From assembly GCA_038845975.1 (NCBI GenBank), contig JAWBQF010000037.1:333-24047 (forward strand): a DNA stretch of 23,715 bases. Reading direction: 5' to 3'. A program made the translations under genes and the position numbers. The number at the start of each line of letters is the position of its first letter. Within the stretch, counting starts at the first letter, position 1. Below are positions 8,503 to 17,390 of the stretch, piece by piece. The DNA is from Candidatus Methanomethylicia archaeon. Its GTDB lineage: Archaea; Thermoproteota; Methanomethylicia; CALHIW01. A model generated the notes under the pieces. It saw only the letters and a list, made by a program, of their open reading frames with translations, was not told the origin of the DNA and searched no databases.

Positions 8503-9162
8503 TTGTTGGTGGATGTGTTGAACTTGGAGATTATTGTAGGCTTTATAGGAACTATAGTATCAATAGTTACATCACTTATCCTAATGGCTTACTGGCTTGG
8601 TAGAAAATTCGCAGGAATTGATGAAAGATTTAAAAACATTGATGAAAAATTTAAAAACATTGATGAAAGATTTAAAAACATTGATGAAAAATTTAAAAAC
8701 ATGGAGAACAATATTGACGCCAGATTTAAGAGCATGGAGAACAGCATCGATGCGAGATTTAAGAGCATGGAGGGTAGGATTGGTTTGGTTGAGCGGGCTA
8801 TTAGGGGTTTGGCTGAGGCTTTTTCAGGTTATCAGGAGTTCTTTATTGAGTATCTGATTAGTGAGGGGGTTGTTAAGAGTAGGGTACGTAGTCTTCTTGT
8901 AGGTGAGGCACGTAGACTTATGAGGATTGCTGTACAGTTAAATCCATTATCTAAGGAGGAGTGGGAGAAGATTAAGCTATATCTTGATAAGAGTGAGAGG
9001 GATGAGATAACAATTGAGGAGGCTGAGGAGTTTAGGGAGCTTGCTAGAAAGGTTACTAGGGAGTATGGCCACTTAACTGAGGCATGGAAGCTCCACATAT
9101 ATGCAACAATGACCCTAGCATTCACGAGAAAGAAGTATTTAGAGGAGCAGAAGAGCGATTAG
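8503..9162 (+). CDS. Membrane-anchored coiled-coil repeat protein (hypothetical)
   Basis: N-terminal TM (IIVGFIGTIVSIVTSLILMAYWLG), IDERFKN/IDEKFKN heptads, then a helical C-terminal domain (NPLSKEEWEK...). The start could be GTG 8515 or TTG 8518 after GGTGG. Confidence 0.88.
   Translation: MLVDVLNLEIIVGFIGTIVSIVTSLILMAYWLGRKFAGIDERFKNIDEKFKNIDERFKNIDEKFKNMENNIDARFKSMENSIDARFKSMEGRIGLVERAIRGLAEAFSGYQEFFIEYLISEGVVKSRVRSLLVGEARRLMRIAVQLNPLSKEEWEKIKLYLDKSERDEITIEEAEEFRELARKVTREYGHLTEAWKLHIYATMTLAFTRKKYLEEQKSD
8617..8766. repeat. Intragenic tandem repeat: 4 x 21 bp (perfect 42-bp duplication) followed by 2 x 33 bp
   Basis: attgatgaaaRatttaaaaac x4 (8617-8700), alternating G/A; atggagaaca...agatttaagagc x2 (8701-8766). 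Confidence 0.95.
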
Positions 9163-10024
9163 ATTTGATACATATATAGAGTGTAAATAGAAATTAAGTC
9201 TTAACAATTATTATTTCCGGAGTATTATGGCCTTGGTTAAGTAATATTGTAGATTTGTTCCTTGGCTTCTACTAAGTTTAACAGTATCCCCTAGAATTTC
9301 GAAGATTGCTTCACTTATGAAGTCGGGATGGATGTTTACGTATAGGAGGATTAAGCTTTTAAGGGAGTTTAAATATTGATGGTTGCCTTTCCATTGGGAA
9401 TTCTATGATTTTCCTTAAATTCATAGTGGGAAACCCCTCTAGCCATTATGTTTAGGATTTCTATTAAAGCCTTAAATATCTCTCTTGGATTAAGCTAAGC
9501 TTCCCGTTATAGGGCTTCAGTCTCTCCAATATGTTTCTTATGGAGTTTAGCGTAGAGCTTAATTCTCATTCTTGAATTCTGCTCTTCATGAAAGCTTTCA
9601 CAGCAGTTATGAAGGTATAGTGTGTAAATTATCCTGATTGTGAATTGATTAGGGGTAAACGCCATGTAAACTGTGGAGTAGGATGTTAATATGTTAAAAT
9701 AAGCTCAGAATCATTATTGATATGTTGGATGGGGTGAGGGGGCATTATGTGGTTTGATTAATTGTTCTGTTTAAATGATGATGTGAAAATGTTGAGTAGT
9801 GGATTTAATGGGTTATTTGGGATTAAATATTTTACTTCAATAAATCCTTAATTTCTTACTAGTATGTAGTAGGATTATTTAGGTATTATGGTTTAATAGG
9901 GTTTTAGATGGTTAATGTTGCTAATAGGCAGTTGAGGGAATCAATATTGCTTGTAGTTATATCCTCATATTGATTTGGGTCTAAGATTTCCTAATATTTA
10001 ACTCATGAATAGATAGTTTAGTAA

Positions 10025-10462
10025 TTATTGTTGTTGAGTTGTTTTTAGGTTTTCTATTATTTGCTTGTTTACTTTTACCACTCCCTTCTTCCCCTTTTTC
10101 CCTCTCGTTACGATTCCTCTTGATTCCAGATTTATTAGTAGTCTTGATATTTTTGCTGGTGAAAATCCTGTTTTGTCAGGTAGTGTGTATTGCATTGCTT
10201 CCCCACCTTCATTTACTATTACTTGAAGTAGCTCCAACTCATCTTTTGTTAGAAAGTCTAATAGGTTTGTGGAGCTTAGTATTGCTGTTTTCGGTGTTAA
10301 TGCCTGTGTTACTCCAATAGTTACCATGAGGATACCTATAGACAACATTACAGCTACTATTACTAGATCAGGCATCTTCACAGTAATGAGAAACATAGAT
10401 ATAAACGTAAATATTGATCCTACTAGTAATAGTAGTAAGCCTATAATCATCCTAGCATTCAT
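10025..10462 (-). CDS. Membrane-anchored winged helix-turn-helix transcriptional regulator (COG2512/MarR-like)
   Basis: Two N-terminal TM helices, then LTKDELELLQVIVNEGGEAMQYTLPDKTGFSPAKISRLLINLESRGIVTR, a classic wHTH pattern. Confidence 0.85.
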   Translation of the reverse strand: MNARMIIGLLLLLVGSIFTFISMFLITVKMPDLVIVAVMLSIGILMVTIGVTQALTPKTAILSSTNLLDFLTKDELELLQVIVNEGGEAMQYTLPDKTGFSPAKISRLLINLESRGIVTRGKKGKKGVVKVNKQIIENLKTTQQQ

Positions 10463-10888
10463 CGTCTCAGACTATATATTGTAAAAATAGTTAATATAGT
10501 TTACTGTTTAGATTCTCTCAGCTTAACATTTACTATATCTACAGCAGATTGGGTTCTATAGGTTTTTGATGATGTGCATTAGATATTGATGCTTAGCTAT
10601 GGATTTAGGGATGCTGTTATGAAGATAGCTGATGTATGGATTAGTAAGCTGTTATTAATGGCTTAAAGAACTATAGCTCTTAAAGCCTTAATGTTTAGAA
10701 TTACTTATTATTCCTAGTTTCTCAATTTCATTAATGAATGTGGATTTCAATATTCTAGCAGAAATAGGATTTGACGCTTATACAAGCAGAATGAAGGGGT
10801 TCTTGCAGGGTTTAAGTTAATATGTAGAGTTAATATTGAAACTCTATAGTAGGACTTACTGGAAATACTTAGAGTATTAAAATAATAA

Positions 10889-11335
10889 TTATGATAATTG
10901 TAATGGTATATTTACTACTTGGTAGTATTCAGTCCCTGTTGATGTGTGAAGTACTACTTCAACTACTGTTCCTGATGCTAATTCTCCCTTATCTATTTTT
11001 ATGGTTAGATTTTTAGTTTCTCCTGACTTTAATAGTATAGGTATTTCCTCCTCAACATCTCCAAAATACGTGTATGGCCTATTATTTATCAATATGTCTG
11101 TTATTGATAGGTCGAATGATCCGGTATTCTTAACTGTTAGGAATATTTTACCCCTCCATCCATTTTCAGAGGATCCGGAAGCATACTTATTAATTACCTG
11201 TACTACTTCTACTCTTGTATATATTCCTGCAATACTGGAAATCCATAAAACAGCAGTTATAGCTACAGCTATGGTTATGGCTACAATAATTATTGTTACT
11301 ACTACTTGGCTGATAGCATAAGTATTAATTTTCAC
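10889..11335 (-). CDS. Archaeal type IV pilin paralog 3
   Basis: MKINTYA|ISQVVVTIIIVAITIAVAITAVLW. VKNTGS and EVVLHTSTGTEYYQVV are shared with pilins 1 and 2. Leaderless GTG start 28 nt after the TATA start. Confidence 0.92.
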   Translation of the reverse strand: MKINTYAISQVVVTIIIVAITIAVAITAVLWISSIAGIYTRVEVVQVINKYASGSSENGWRGKIFLTVKNTGSFDLSITDILINNRPYTYFGDVEEEIPILLKSGETKNLTIKIDKGELASGTVVEVVLHTSTGTEYYQVVNIPLQLS

Positions 11336-11355
11336 AGTAAACTAACCACGCGGAG

Positions 11356-11387
11356 ATATATAATGATTATTTATGAAATAGATTGCA
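11356..11387 (-). promoter_or_regulatory. Pilin 3 promoter: TATA box plus palindromic operator
   Basis: TTATATAT (11363-11356), a 10-nt gap, then TGAAAT-AG-ATTGCA (11374-11387). Confidence 0.75.
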
Positions 11388-12021
11388 ATAAACAGTTAAT
11401 CCATCAACTTCAATACCGTATCTAGAGGAAGACTAACCGGATCTACATGATGTATTTATGCTTTATACAATTGGAGCAGATAAATTTCAGCCTCACCCTT
11501 ATCACCATATGAATTCTAAACATATTAACCAGCTAACCCAAATCAAACATAACCTCTATAACAATATAAATCTCTAATATACTCTACAAGTTTAACATAT
11601 AGAAACGATAACTTAATTCATTTCAACATTTAGGATAATCAGGTTTACATAAAATTATTTTAACTTACTTTCCAGCAGAGTAGTTTTAAGAGTTATACGG
11701 GTAATTTGTTACTGATTTTATTCTGAAGGGGTTTAGAATATTCCATGATGGGAATGCGTTTAAGCCTTTCATCCACTAATAGTATTTTATCCAAGAGTTT
11801 AGCTGTGGAAACGCTGAAATTAGGTGCTTCAACATAAACAATTTCCAGCTAAACAAGCAGAGGAAATATAAATTTTAAGCCGGAACTAAATGATCTAACA
11901 ATATAATACTATAACTAATAGCTAGCTCCTTTAAACTACATAAAATAAATTAATAGGGCTGACATGAATAATGTTATTACCCCATACAAGCTTAACTATG
12001 TTATCACCATGAATATAGAGG

Positions 12022-12039
12022 AAGCCCTAGATAGGGCTT
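12022..12039. promoter_or_regulatory. Perfect 8-2-8 inverted repeat upstream of the ACT-V4R gene (candidate operator)
   Basis: AAGCCCTA-GA-TAGGGCTT, 14 nt before TATATATA (12054-12061). Confidence 0.45.
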
Positions 12040-12105
12040 AAGCTCACAATAGCTATATATAGGGAATATATTTAAGGTTTAAACATTATAAGATATGGTG
12101 GTTGT

Positions 12106-12906
12106 TTGGAGTTTAGGTATGTTAAGGATTTGCCTGTTGTTTATGTTAGGCCTGGGCGTAGGCTTGCTGAGGTTGTTGTTGAGGCTAGGGAGGCTATTGG
12201 TATTTTAGCTAGTTTATCTGGGATTATGAGTGAAAACAGGATAAATATAGTGTATTTACTTTGTAGTACTGATGCTTTAAAGGCTAGATTTATATTCTTT
12301 ATAGATCTTACTGAGAGTAAAATAAGTCTAGATGAGCTTAAGGATATTATTAGGCAGCAACCTTATACTATTAGTGTTGATGTTTGGAATCCTCCGGTGG
12401 ATGGTGTAGTATATGATGCATTATGTTTTCCAACGATGGTTCATGGGTTTCAATCATTTATTATGAGGTATGATACTCTATCATCAATTATTGAGGAGTT
12501 TAGGAGGAGGGTTGGGGATGGGGCTGTAGCAATATTCTACCATTTAGGATATTATTCGGGATATGCTTATGCTGAGTATGTTAAGAAGCAGTTGGAGACT
12601 TTAAATCTACCGTTAAGAGATGTTGTTAGGGTAGCGTTTGATTTGGATAGAAGCTTCGGAGAATTCAATTCTGAATTGGTTATGCTAGATGTTGATGGTG
12701 GGAGAGCTATTGTAAGGGTTTACGATTCATGTGAGGCGACACCAATAAGGGGGAGGATGAAGATACCATCATGCCAATATGTAAGAGGGGAGATAGCTGG
12801 AGCATTAAGTAGCCTACTAGGTAGGGAAGTAATAGCAGTAGAGAGGAAATGTATAGCTGCAGGAGATAACTACTGCGAATTCCACATAGAACCTAGAAAA
12901 CAGTAA
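12106..12906 (+). CDS. ACT domain + V4R (4-vinyl reductase) domain protein, putative small-ligand sensor
   Basis: N-terminal ACT-like segment IGILASLSGIMSENRINIV. C-terminal V4R signature SCQYVRGEIAG...ERKCIAAGDNYCEF. Confidence 0.88.
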   Translation: MEFRYVKDLPVVYVRPGRRLAEVVVEAREAIGILASLSGIMSENRINIVYLLCSTDALKARFIFFIDLTESKISLDELKDIIRQQPYTISVDVWNPPVDGVVYDALCFPTMVHGFQSFIMRYDTLSSIIEEFRRRVGDGAVAIFYHLGYYSGYAYAEYVKKQLETLNLPLRDVVRVAFDLDRSFGEFNSELVMLDVDGGRAIVRVYDSCEATPIRGRMKIPSCQYVRGEIAGALSSLLGREVIAVERKCIAAGDNYCEFHIEPRKQ

Positions 12907-13631
12907 CAACAATATGAATCTACGGTAAACATTAAATTATTAATAAGTAGAAAACCTAGAGCGAAATACTAGATAGTAATTTTATTTACTAGATTTGTAA
13001 TGAATAACTTAAGCCTTATACTTTATGTTCCTCCATTATTGTATTGACATTCCTGTTAGCCTTCTTTAAACTCCTATTCAAATCCTAATCAGTATAGATC
13101 TGTTAGGTATGGTGATAGATTAAATATTTGAAACCCTCACATTGCTTACAGCTCTATAAAGCTCTATAACTTAGACGTATTTAACCACATATTAAGCATT
13201 ATGCTCCTGGAATTCTTAATGTTTATCTTTTAATTCATATTTCATTAGCATGAATCTATCAACTCATAAGCATTACACATATCAATCATTACATCCCTGA
13301 AAGCTTCCTGTATGAAGTTTAACCTATTTGGATTTCCATTAGGCCTTAAGAAACATATTTCCCTAAGCTGTGAGGCATAGCACTTATTAAAGAACTCATT
13401 GTAAAACTCCGGAATTTAAGCATGTTAGCAATCTTCTTACAATACTATTCTAACATGTAGAATTTAACCAGTTAAACCCTGATAGTAGAGTTTTGCAATG
13501 ACTTCAAACTTATTTAGAGTGAAGTTAGAGTTTTAGGAGGGATATGGGATTACTATGTCTTAAGCTTAAATAGTGAAACATTATTCTAGTTTAGCCATTG
13601 AAGAATTATCTAACTATACTAGCTATGCTTC

Positions 13632-14774
13632 TTAAGTTTGTTTGTAGCAGGCTGTTGCGGTATAATTGTCGTCCATATAAACAGTTATTTTTCTCTGTTT
13701 ATAGGTTACTGGAATACCATTACTACCAGTAACTTTAACTTCCCAATGATCAAAGAGATAATGTTCATTATCTACTTTAACACTTTGAGGAGCTTCTAAC
13801 GTAACAGATGCTCCACTTTCATAGTATCCCTCACCAGGAATATCTACAATTTCTGAAGGATCTGTTTCAACAGTTAAGTAAAAGTATTCAGTTACTAAAT
13901 GGCTAATGGTGCTTGCGATTACAAGTATTCCTCTTTCATCTCTAATCCATAGCCATAGAGATAGACTTTTCGGATTAATATTCTTATCCTCTATATTAAG
14001 CACTATATTGTAGTTTCCGCCTGCTGAGTATTTAAAGTCAGTAATGTTGCTGGCTTCTAGGAATTGTAATTGGTTGTTAGAGTTAAGGTAGCCTATGAGC
14101 CATCCTGTAAGAGTATCTTGATTGGTAAAGTTATAGTTTTCTATTGAGAGTGATGCAACAGGCTCTCCATATTCTTTTTCTACATGAAGCGTAAAGTTTA
14201 CCTTCGCTTTATTCCCCATCTTTTTTATTTCTATATTATTTATTAATGCGTTTAGTGCTATGTATCCTTCACTTACATATCCGTAAAGTCCATAATCTAT
14301 TAGGTTTATGGCTAACTTAGCATAAATAACTGAAAAGCTTTTGCTAGAACCCCAGCAGCAGTATATTAGTCTATCATTTCCTTCCACTCCATTACAGCTC
14401 TCTGATAATTCCTCTAGCTCCTCTCCATTAAAGATTAGGTTTAGCTGTAATCCTGCATCTGGATACGATTGTACTAGTACTTGACACCAGTATGAAATAT
14501 TTTCCTTAGCTTTCGTTCCGAAAGAGGGAAATTCACTTGGTGGGAATGGATTTGCTTCTGTAAATGTTTTATTGCATTCTCTTGTTGATAGAGCAAGAAT
14601 TCTTGTTAATGCTCTTTTAAAGTCTTTATCTATGTTTATAATTATTTCCTTCCATGGTTTATATCTGAATTCCTGGTATTGAGCTGCTGTCAAGTAGAGG
14701 GATACTGCTAGACTAGTAACTATTATGCTTATGAGAAATGCAGCAATAACTATGAATTGGGCTTTACTACTCAT
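13632..14774 (-). CDS. Minor pilin-like protein with a C-terminal divergent InlB B-repeat-like domain (candidate adhesin)
   Basis: MSSKA|QFIVIAAFLISIIV class III signal. The C-terminal LTVETDP...GEGYYESGASVTLEAP...YLFDHW...ITVYMDDNYTATACY matches the InlB-B/Flg_new repeat pattern. SD GAGGTGA. Confidence 0.82.
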   Translation of the reverse strand: MSSKAQFIVIAAFLISIIVTSLAVSLYLTAAQYQEFRYKPWKEIIINIDKDFKRALTRILALSTRECNKTFTEANPFPPSEFPSFGTKAKENISYWCQVLVQSYPDAGLQLNLIFNGEELEELSESCNGVEGNDRLIYCCWGSSKSFSVIYAKLAINLIDYGLYGYVSEGYIALNALINNIEIKKMGNKAKVNFTLHVEKEYGEPVASLSIENYNFTNQDTLTGWLIGYLNSNNQLQFLEASNITDFKYSAGGNYNIVLNIEDKNINPKSLSLWLWIRDERGILVIASTISHLVTEYFYLTVETDPSEIVDIPGEGYYESGASVTLEAPQSVKVDNEHYLFDHWEVKVTGSNGIPVTYKQRKITVYMDDNYTATACYKQT

Positions 14775-14778
14775 ACAT

Positions 14779-15267
14779 TCACCTCTCAGTTCTAGCTAAT
14801 GTTAAGTGCAGTATTAGAACATAAAACTCCCCGTTTTCCAATGATGAATAGGAATATGTTAGTGTTGCTCCTCCCATCTCACTTGCTCTAATTACTGCTT
14901 CCTCATAATTTTCAATATTAGTAGTACTTCTTCCTATAGGAATAAGATTTACATTATTTTCGGTAGATTTAACTGCTTGATATATTGTTAAGTTGTAGAT
15001 TATGTTTTTAGGTAGTAGGGTTCTTAATGCTGCTGCTATTTGATCCATCCATATTGATGGTGACTTCTCTATAGCTTCATCAAAGGCTTTCTCCTCAGCA
15101 AGTCTATGCAGTACATCGTATGCTAGCTTCTCAAGATCGCCTTTAGCTCTCACAGTAAATGGATTTGGTGGAGCTGAATAATAATATGATAGAGTGAAGG
15201 CTGTAAGTATTATTATTGCTGCTAGTATGGTTTCAATCATTCTAAGTAGAGCCTTGGAATTACTCAG
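14779..15267 (-). CDS. Minor pilin-like protein
   Basis: SNSKA|LLRMIETILAAIIILTAF is class III-like. The start is probably CTG 15267 (GGAG 5 nt upstream, overlapping the previous gene's last codons); the ORF track gives TTG 15297. Confidence 0.8.
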   Translation of the reverse strand: MSNSKALLRMIETILAAIIILTAFTLSYYYSAPPNPFTVRAKGDLEKLAYDVLHRLAEEKAFDEAIEKSPSIWMDQIAAALRTLLPKNIIYNLTIYQAVKSTENNVNLIPIGRSTTNIENYEEAVIRASEMGGATLTYSYSSLENGEFYVLILHLTLARTER

Positions 15268-16558
15268 CCATTCTCCAAACTGAGAGCTCAGCAACATATG
15301 TTAAACTACCTATTCTACAGTATCTATGAGTTGTAAAGATCTTTAATCCTTCACCTGGATATGTTGAAGTACTATAATCTACTAGAGAAGGATAATCTAC
15401 AACTACAAGACAGTATTTTGCTGGTTTTACTGGCTCTTGAAGTGGAGCCCAGAATATATATAGTAGGTTTAGATTTAGCCATGGATCTATACCGCCTATC
15501 TTAAGGACTTTAAGCTTATAATGCCCCTTATTTATAACCAATTCACCTCTTTTAGGATCAATATCAGTTTTAGCAACAACATATTCACCTATTTGCAGTA
15601 ACTTCTCAGGATGTCTTGCTCCTTCAGGATCCTCAGAATTTTCAGGAAACTTAATAACTAGATAGCTACCCATAATTGATGCTTCAAGAACATTCCCGTA
15701 ATTGTATTGATAATATTGATTAAAGGATCTAATACCATAGTAGCTTGCATATGCAAGAAGAATGTAAGCTTCTACCTTCTTCATACCTTGATTCCCATCT
15801 TGGAGGTTGCTAAGAAAATTAGTAAAGTCTATATTATTACACTCCCCCTTCCAATCAGTTAAGACTTCAATAGGCTTACTTATATTAAGAAGAACTTCAG
15901 TTTGATTTTGATTGCTGTCTCTAGCTTGTTCCATTTGATTTTGATTGCTGTCTCTAGCTTGTTCCATCTGAACTACTAGGTATATAGCTTTAACTCTAGC
16001 GTTTACTGCTGGATAACCATCATAACTTTTAACAGAAATGTCAAATTTTGAGGGAACATTATATCCATTACGTAGTATAGTGCCGGTAGGGGTTATTGTT
16101 ATGTTTAGTGCTGGAACTATTCTTAACCTGAAGCCGTATTTTGGATGTATTCCATCCCATGTTAATCCTAGTATTTGAAGTATTCTACTTGATGAGGGTT
16201 GAAAATCCTTATTTGCCATTCTTGCTACTTTATCTGGATCAAGAACGTACGGATCTATAACGCTACCTAGATTGTTTTGCATCTCAACATATCCTAGTCC
16301 AAAGTCAGTAATTTCCCTCTCAGATATGATAAATCTGTTTCCCTTATTATCATATGTGATGGTGAGATTCCCCCAGTCTAAAGGTTCTCCTGGTGTTAAC
16401 AGGATTTTATCCAGTAGTCTTTCAGCTAGAGGGTTTAGCTGCTCCTCCTCTACATGTTGAAGAGTTGTAGATGTAAGGGAGAATATGGAGTTGGCTGAAA
16501 ATGTAAGTATTATGATAATTACTAATCCAGCTACAAGATAATCTAGAGTAATATGCAT
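15260..16558 (-). CDS. Large minor pilin-like protein
   Basis: MHITLDYLVAGLVIIIILTF resembles a mature pilin N-terminus (Q-x-S-L-D-F type). LLTPGEPLDWG...FGL motif. Several N-x-S/T sequons. Leaderless start. Confidence 0.82.
   Translation of the reverse strand: MHITLDYLVAGLVIIIILTFSANSIFSLTSTTLQHVEEEQLNPLAERLLDKILLTPGEPLDWGNLTITYDNKGNRFIISEREITDFGLGYVEMQNNLGSVIDPYVLDPDKVARMANKDFQPSSSRILQILGLTWDGIHPKYGFRLRIVPALNITITPTGTILRNGYNVPSKFDISVKSYDGYPAVNARVKAIYLVVQMEQARDSNQNQMEQARDSNQNQTEVLLNISKPIEVLTDWKGECNNIDFTNFLSNLQDGNQGMKKVEAYILLAYASYYGIRSFNQYYQYNYGNVLEASIMGSYLVIKFPENSEDPEGARHPEKLLQIGEYVVAKTDIDPKRGELVINKGHYKLKVLKIGGIDPWLNLNLLYIFWAPLQEPVKPAKYCLVVVDYPSLVDYSTSTYPGEGLKIFTTHRYCRIGSLTYVAELSVWRMAE
15901..15966. 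repeat. Perfect in-frame 33-bp tandem duplication (QMEQARDSNQN x2)
   Basis: tttgattttgattgctgtctctagcttgttcca at 15901-15933 and 15934-15966. Confidence 0.97.
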
Positions 16559-16578
16559 ACTTTCTATAATAAATTAGA

Positions 16579-16611
16579 TATATATAATGTTTACTATTGA
16601 AATACATTTCA
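16579..16611 (-). promoter_or_regulatory. Internal promoter of the minor-pilin sub-operon: TATA box plus perfect palindromic operator
   Basis: TTATATATA (16587-16579) begins 29 nt before ATG 16558, then a 10-nt gap and TGAAAT-AC-ATTTCA (16598-16611). Confidence 0.78.
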
Positions 16612-16855
16612 TAATCGTAGTTCTACATGTTAAAGGATTATAAATCTTACTACTAGAAGTTCTGATTTAAAGCTTAACATTTCTAGACATCTTAACTTAT
16701 AATAGAATTCATATAACTGGTGGTTATTGCTTACATTAATGAGTTCCAGTCTAGTTTAAACTAGATTTCATGAACCTGTTAGTGGACAGCCTTGGAATAA
16801 TTATATGGACTGATATGTTAACTATGCTATTAAACCATAAATCTAGGTAAGCTAT

Positions 16856-17389
16856 TCATGATGGACTTTCAAATCCTAAACCTATTTTTACTCTTTGGCT
16901 GGTTTTTATACACCATACTACTGGTTTTAGATATCCACTTCTAAGTTGGTTTGTAGCCTTTATTACATATCCATTTATTCTTATTGGCTTCCCATCTATT
17001 TCCAATATCTTCTCATCCATGTTTACATTTATGCTTTCTAGTGCCCAGTTTAGTGGTGTTTTAACGTTTATCCATGGTGCAGTAGGCATATGTGCTTCAA
17101 CATACCATCCACTTGAATCTTGTCCAAGACTTATTATGAATCCCTTCTCCTCAAGATCTTTAGGTATTGAAATCTCCTTAACTATATACTTATTTATACC
17201 TGAGCTATTAGTTATTGTTATCACTTCAGTTATTGTTGATGCTATATTCTCAACCACCTCCTGCATTCTTACCTTTAAGTTATCGATTTGAACTATTAGT
17301 ACAATCATGGTGATGGAGGCCACTATTATTATTGAGAGTATGATAAGCATGCTAGTACCTATAACATGTGAAAGTATTGGATGAGGCAT
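16856..17389 (-). CDS. Minor pilin-like protein
   Basis: I reassigned the start to ATG 17389 (SD GGAGG, 1 nt after the upstream TAG). MPHPILSHVIGTSMLIILSIIIV is an N-terminal hydrophobic helix followed by an amphipathic helix and beta domain. Confidence 0.8.
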   Translation of the reverse strand: MPHPILSHVIGTSMLIILSIIIVASITMIVLIVQIDNLKVRMQEVVENIASTITEVITITNSSGINKYIVKEISIPKDLEEKGFIISLGQDSSGWYVEAHMPTAPWINVKTPLNWALESINVNMDEKILEIDGKPIRINGYVIKATNQLRSGYLKPVVWCIKTSQRVKIGLGFESPS

Positions 17390-17390
17390 A

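Noticed and set aside
7371-8766. Regular repeats as a possible CRISPR array
   Set aside because: Units are contiguous with no unique spacers, are multiples of 3 and lie in frame within coiled-coil genes; no cas genes.
9507-9665. 52-codon minus-strand ORF ending HIGETEAL (faintly PIN-like); possible pseudogene in 9200-9670
   Set aside because: The motif is too short, the remainder is uninformative and there are in-frame stops. Cannot be supported without tBLASTn.
3017-11321. ORFs 3017..3268, 5087..5269, 5315..5515, 8597..8857, 8832..9125, 10039..10320, 10269..10484, 11001..11321
   Set aside because: Antisense or alternate-frame overlaps of well-supported genes; 8597..8857 is just the 21-bp repeat read in another frame.
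5044-11335. Calling the pilins archaellins
   Set aside because: They are short (140-148 aa), lack the archaellin GIGTLIVFIAMVLVAAVAA N-terminus, and no arlF/G/H/I genes are present.
9528-13359. 13-bp inverted match (9528-9540 vs 13347-13359) and other 10-16 bp spacer repeats (6332/8322, 7824/8004, 13150 tandem)
   Set aside because: Plausible by chance in roughly 70% AT, low-complexity DNA, with no TSD or extension.
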